NCBI GenBank assembly: GCA_965214705.1
Contig: OZ243972.1
Span: 1,536,001 to 1,600,000, forward strand
Direction: 5' to 3'
DNA length: 64,000 nucleotides
Source: Alphaproteobacteria bacterium
Lineage (GTDB): Bacteria > Pseudomonadota > Alphaproteobacteria > UBA828
The notes beneath the pieces are model-generated. The model was not told the origin of the DNA, made no database searches, and saw nothing but the letters and a program-made list of their open reading frames with translations. The translations under genes were made by a program, and so were the position numbers. Positions 60,104 through 64,000 of this stretch are shown piece after piece; position 1 is the first letter of the stretch; each line of letters begins with the position of its first letter.

Positions 60104-60958
60104 TCAGGCCTGGGCAGGACGCGGAAACTCCAGCAGGTCCAGGGGCGACGGCGTGGCGGACGTCTTGTCGTGAGCAAGGTGAAGGTAGCGCATGGTCGAG
60201 CGGATTGAGGTGTGCCCGAGGCGGCGTTGGATGACATGCAGCTCGACGCCGGCCTCGAGGAGCCCGGTGGCGTAGCAATGGCGCAGCGTGTGGATCCCGC
60301 CGGGCTTGGCGATCCCGGCTTTGTCCTTGGCTCGATCGTAAACGTGTGCTGGCCCATGGCGCGTCATCGGCCGGCCGGGAATCCGACCGGGGAACAGCCA
60401 GTGCTCGGGCCGTACCCGCTGCCAGTACTCGCGCAGCTCGTCGAGCAGCCGGGGCGAGAGCGGGACGTAGCGGTCCTTGTTGCCCTTGCCCTGATCGACG
60501 CGCAGGCACATCCGCTGTGAGTCGATATCGCTGATCTGCAACCGGCCGAGCTCGCTCGCCCGAAGCCCCGCTGCATAGGCCGTCATCAGCAAGGCGCGGT
60601 GCTTGCGGTTGATGGTGACGCTGAACAGCCGCACCAGTTCGTCTTGGTTGAGCAGTACGGGCAGGGTGGAAGGCGTCTTGGCGAAGGGCAGATAGAAGTG
60701 CGGCTCGGGCAAGCCCAGCGTGATGCGATAGAGGAAGCGGATCCCTTGGCGAGCGCTGTTGCAGCTCTGCCAAGCCAGCCCCCGCTCTTCGTGAAGAAAG
60801 ATGAGGTACTCCTGGACTTCCTCCGCTGAGATGTGCTCGGGGCTGCGACCGTAGTGAACCGCGAGCCCGGAGACCGAGTTGAGGTAGGACTTCCTGGTGT
60901 TCTCGGCGAAGCCGCGAACCGTCATGTCGTTGATCATGCGCTGGCGAAGTGCCGTCAT
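60104..60958 (-). CDS. tyrosine recombinase with N-terminal SAM-like domain
   Basis: YAAGLRASE, QGKGNKDR, HTLRHCYAT, LGH, RYLH. Confidence 0.92.
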   Translation of the reverse strand: MTALRQRMINDMTVRGFAENTRKSYLNSVSGLAVHYGRSPEHISAEEVQEYLIFLHEERGLAWQSCNSARQGIRFLYRITLGLPEPHFYLPFAKTPSTLPVLLNQDELVRLFSVTINRKHRALLMTAYAAGLRASELGRLQISDIDSQRMCLRVDQGKGNKDRYVPLSPRLLDELREYWQRVRPEHWLFPGRIPGRPMTRHGPAHVYDRAKDKAGIAKPGGIHTLRHCYATGLLEAGVELHVIQRRLGHTSIRSTMRYLHLAHDKTSATPSPLDLLEFPRPAQA

Positions 60959-61281
60959 GGGGCGTCTCCCTCTGGGTTTGGTCTGTCACGAAGACACGCC
61001 CATGCTCTTGCTCGCCGGCTTGGCGGTCGACGACCATCGATCAACGAGGGAGAAACAGGATTCGACCCTGCGCCCAGACGCTGGAGCGAACGGCCACACT
61101 CAACTTACGCGCGGCAAGGAGATCACTCTGGGCACCCGGCGGCCGAGGCGCCCCGCCGCGGAACGCGGCTCAGTTCAATCGGTCTTATGTGCAGTTGAAC
61201 AGTAAGCGTTACGCAGACCCCATGCCGGAATCTGGGTTGACTACGAGGGGGACTTGTTGAGGAGCGCCGTGAGCGCGCGAG

Positions 61282-62997
61282 TCAATTTGTCTCGGGCTCG
61301 AAGTTCCACGGCAGCAGTTCCTGGATTTTGGACTGCGGGTGACCCTTGGCGATCTTCTCGAGCGTGCTCCGCATCCAGGCGTAAGGCTCGACGCCGTTCA
61401 TCTTGCAGGTCTCGATCAGCGATGCGATGCGGGCCCAGGCTTGCGCACCCTCGTCGTTGCCGGCGAAGAGCGCATTCTTGGCGGTGAGCTTCAGCGGGCG
61501 GATTCGGTTTTCCACCAGGTTCGAGTCGATCTCGACGCGGCCGTCGTGCAGGAACTCCAGCAGCCCGTCCCACTGGTTGGCGATATAGGTGAGCTTCTCG
61601 CCGAGACGCGAGCGCGGTGAGACCCGCGAGCGCTGTTCGTCGAGCCAGACACCGAAGGCGTTCACGATCGGCGCCGACTCCTCCCAGCGGATCGCCTGAC
61701 GCGTCGCCGGCGGCTCGCCCCGGATCTTCTCCTCGATCGCATAGAGCGTCGCGATCCGCTTCAGGCCAGCCAGCGCGATCGGCGAGGCGCTCGAGTCGTA
61801 CACCTCTTTCAGCTTGCGCCTGACGTGCGCCCAGCACAGAGCCCGCGTCACGGGGCCGCCGGGCCGGTCCGGCCGCGCCAGGATGTTGTGGCCCGAGTAG
61901 GCGTCGAGCTGCACCGTCCCCGAAAAGCCCTTCAAGAGCCTGGCGCCATACTTGCCGCCGCGACCGGGCTCATAGCGATAGACAACGCCCGGCGGGTCGG
62001 CGCCGCTCCAGTGGCGCTCGTCGCGCACAAGGGTCCACATGTAGCCCGTCTTCGTCTTGCCCCGGCCCGGGTCGAGAACGCGGATCGTGGTCTCGTCCAG
62101 ACCCAGGTGATCCGACTTCTTCAGCTCATCCTTCAGGCAAGCGACCACGGGGCGCAGGTGAAACGACGCCTGCCCCACCCACGTCGCCAGCGTCGCACGG
62201 TGAACCTCGATCCCCGAGCGCTCGTAAATCTGCGACTGACGGTAGAGCGGGCAATGATCGCCGTACTTCGCGATCAGCACCTGCGCCAGAAGAGCCTCGG
62301 TGGGAAGGCCGCCCTCCACCAGAGAGGCGGGCGCCGACGCCTGCACCACCCCGCCGCCCTTGCACTTGTTGCAGGCGTAGCGGGGGCGCACGGTCTCGAT
62401 GACGGTGAACTTCGCCGGCTCATAGTCCAGCCGCTCGCTGCGGTCCTCGCCGATCTTCGTCATCTCGCCGCAGCCGCAGGGGCACATGATCGTGTCCGGC
62501 TCGATCACCTCCTCGCGCCGGTCGACCTGGGGCCCGAAGCGCACCCCGCTGCGCGACCCCCGGGAAGAGCGCCGCCGGCGCTTGCCGCCAGCCCCCTCGT
62601 CCTGCTCCTGGTCATCTGCCTCGGGCCGACCGCCGGCTTCAGCGATCGCCGCCCAAAACTCCTCGAACGTAAGCTGGCGCTCGTCCTCGTTGAGCTTCTC
62701 GGAGCGCGGACCGAACAGCGCCTTCCTGAGCTCCTTGTTGAGATGCTCAAGCCGGCTGATCTGCTCCGCGCTGTGCGCGTTCTCGGCCTCCAGCCGTGCC
62801 GCCCGCGCTTCCGCCGTCTGCCTCGCCGCCTCCGCCGCGCCGCGTGCCTGCTCCGCTTCGCATAGGGCTGCTTCGGTCGCACGGCGCGCCGCGCGCTCCT
62901 CGGCAAGCTCCGCCTGCAGGGTCGCCAGCGCCGCCGAAACCACCGCAGGCGACGGCGAACCGGCGCTGCTGAGGGGTGAGGGCGTGACCTTCGGCAT
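61282..62997 (-). CDS. tnpC: IS66 transposase TnpC
   Basis: FGPRSE, KYGDHCPLYRQ, LDET, QLDAYSG, CWAHVRR, IDSNLVENRIR, LLPW. Confidence 0.93.
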   Translation of the reverse strand: MPKVTPSPLSSAGSPSPAVVSAALATLQAELAEERAARRATEAALCEAEQARGAAEAARQTAEARAARLEAENAHSAEQISRLEHLNKELRKALFGPRSEKLNEDERQLTFEEFWAAIAEAGGRPEADDQEQDEGAGGKRRRRSSRGSRSGVRFGPQVDRREEVIEPDTIMCPCGCGEMTKIGEDRSERLDYEPAKFTVIETVRPRYACNKCKGGGVVQASAPASLVEGGLPTEALLAQVLIAKYGDHCPLYRQSQIYERSGIEVHRATLATWVGQASFHLRPVVACLKDELKKSDHLGLDETTIRVLDPGRGKTKTGYMWTLVRDERHWSGADPPGVVYRYEPGRGGKYGARLLKGFSGTVQLDAYSGHNILARPDRPGGPVTRALCWAHVRRKLKEVYDSSASPIALAGLKRIATLYAIEEKIRGEPPATRQAIRWEESAPIVNAFGVWLDEQRSRVSPRSRLGEKLTYIANQWDGLLEFLHDGRVEIDSNLVENRIRPLKLTAKNALFAGNDEGAQAWARIASLIETCKMNGVEPYAWMRSTLEKIAKGHPQSKIQELLPWNFEPETN

Positions 62998-63090
62998 GGC
63001 CGATCCCTTAATCCGATTCGCCAATGCGTGACCAGGGAAAAGTGCAGGCGGGACCTCGACAAAAATCTGCGGACCCGCCTGCGTCTCGCC

Positions 63091-63441
63091 TCACTCCGCC
63101 GCCAGCGGGCGGCGAACCGGGCGGGCCTTCACCCGGCGCCAGTCGAGGCCCTCGAAGAGAGCCTCGAACTGGCCCTTCGTAAGGCGAATCACACCGTCCT
63201 CGATCCGGGGCCAGGCGAAGCGGCCTTGCTCCAGACGCTTGTAGGTCATCACCAGACCGGTCCCGTCCCAGGTGAGAAGCTTGAGCCTGTCCCCGCGGCG
63301 CGAGCGGAAGATCACGATCACCCCGGAATAGATATCGAGGTCCAGCTCCCTCGCCGCCGTCGCCGCAAGCGCGTCGTGGCCGCGACGAAAATCAACCGGA
63401 CGCGTCGCCAACACGATGCGAAGCGAGGGCACCGCGATCAT
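63091..63441 (-). CDS. tnpB: IS66 accessory protein TnpB
   Basis: PVDFRRGHDAL, RLKLLTWDGTG..KRLEQGRF.WP. Confidence 0.93.
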   Translation of the reverse strand: MIAVPSLRIVLATRPVDFRRGHDALAATAARELDLDIYSGVIVIFRSRRGDRLKLLTWDGTGLVMTYKRLEQGRFAWPRIEDGVIRLTKGQFEALFEGLDWRRVKARPVRRPLAAE

Positions 63442-64000
63442 GACGACGCACGACCCAGGCCCGAGGCCACAGCCACGATCCGATCGACCGCGCTCTCCAC
63501 CGGAAGGCGAACGACGACGCCCAGCGCCTCAATCGCGACCGTCCGCTCGGACGCAGACCCGTCAACTACAACCGGAATATAGGGGGGCGAAGACCCGGCT
63601 CCCTGCCGATCGCCACCAGCGTCACTCGCCGCCTGGCGACGCCAGGTGCGCAGCGTCTTCTCGCTGATGCCGTGACGGCGGGCAACTGCCGATATCGATG
63701 CATCCGGGCGCTCGCTCTCCGCAACAATCCGCGCCTTCACATCAGCCGGCCAAGGCCGGCCACGCCGCTTCCCGGAAGCCGCTGACCGACTGCGCCACTG
63801 ACGAAGAGTTTGTGCGCTGATGCCGTGGCGAGCCGCGACCTCCTTCTGCACAACTCCCGGCCTGTCGCTCTCCGCGACGATCCGTGCCTTCTCCTCGGCG
63901 GACCATGACCGCCGAGTGTGATCAGCCGGAACAGTTGCCGTAGATGGGGCTGCGGCAGATGGGGCGGCCTCTTCAGGCGCTCGCGCCTCGACCGAGTGAC
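63438..64000 (-). CDS. tnpA: IS66 accessory protein TnpA with tandem HTH (5' end outside the window)
   Basis: Two KARIVAES...VA.RHGIS..TL..WR repeats. Confidence 0.85.
   Translation of the reverse strand, partial: HSVEARAPEEAAPSAAAPSTATVPADHTRRSWSAEEKARIVAESDRPGVVQKEVAARHGISAQTLRQWRSRSAASGKRRGRPWPADVKARIVAESERPDASISAVARRHGISEKTLRTWRRQAASDAGGDRQGAGSSPPYIPVVVDGSASERTVAIEALGVVVRLPVESAVDRIVAVASGLGRASS

Larger units (their letters stand above)
58613..61179 (-). mobile_element. integrase + IS91-like transposase element
   Basis: Bounded by the inverted 16-mer CGCGGCTCAG(C/T)TCAAT at 58613-58628 and 61164-61179. Confidence 0.7.
61202..64000 (-). mobile_element. canonical IS66 (tnpA-tnpB-tnpC), left end outside the window
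   Basis: GTAAGCG end at 61202; three typical ORFs. Confidence 0.9.

Overview
This is a GC-rich mobile-element region. It looks like the leading/maintenance part of an alphaproteobacterial-type ICE or plasmid: VWA protein, parB, GHKL ATPase, radC, strawberry-notch helicase/methylase, AbrB-PIN toxin-antitoxin pair, macro-AlkB, ssb and a Zn-finger/Toprim primase-like gene. It is heavily layered with insertions. parB is split by an IS1634 and by a ~30.5 kb island (6553-37085, 8-bp core TGGTGTGG) that ends in two tandem tyrosine integrases. The island carries a truncated recD2, Fic, recQ-topoisomerase IA, a NYN protein, candidate nucleases and toxins, two copies of an IS66 with a DNA adenine methyltransferase passenger, and several MITEs. 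The most unusual object is a 3150-bp IS1595-family transposon (8633-11782, perfect 30-bp terminal IRs) with phage-like cargo. It has four TAAATA motifs resembling T4-type late promoters, each 5-6 nt from the end of a gene or RNA structure. It also carries a basic 88-aa protein resembling a T4 internal head protein, a tRNA with an Arg-type body but a broken anticodon arm, a LEM-3/GIY-YIG nuclease behind a structured leader, and further structured RNAs. To the right are a RIT element inserted in a primase-like gene and flanked by inverted replacement copies of that gene, an integrase + IS91-like transposase element, and a canonical IS66. All family assignments are by motif recognition only; no database searches were run.
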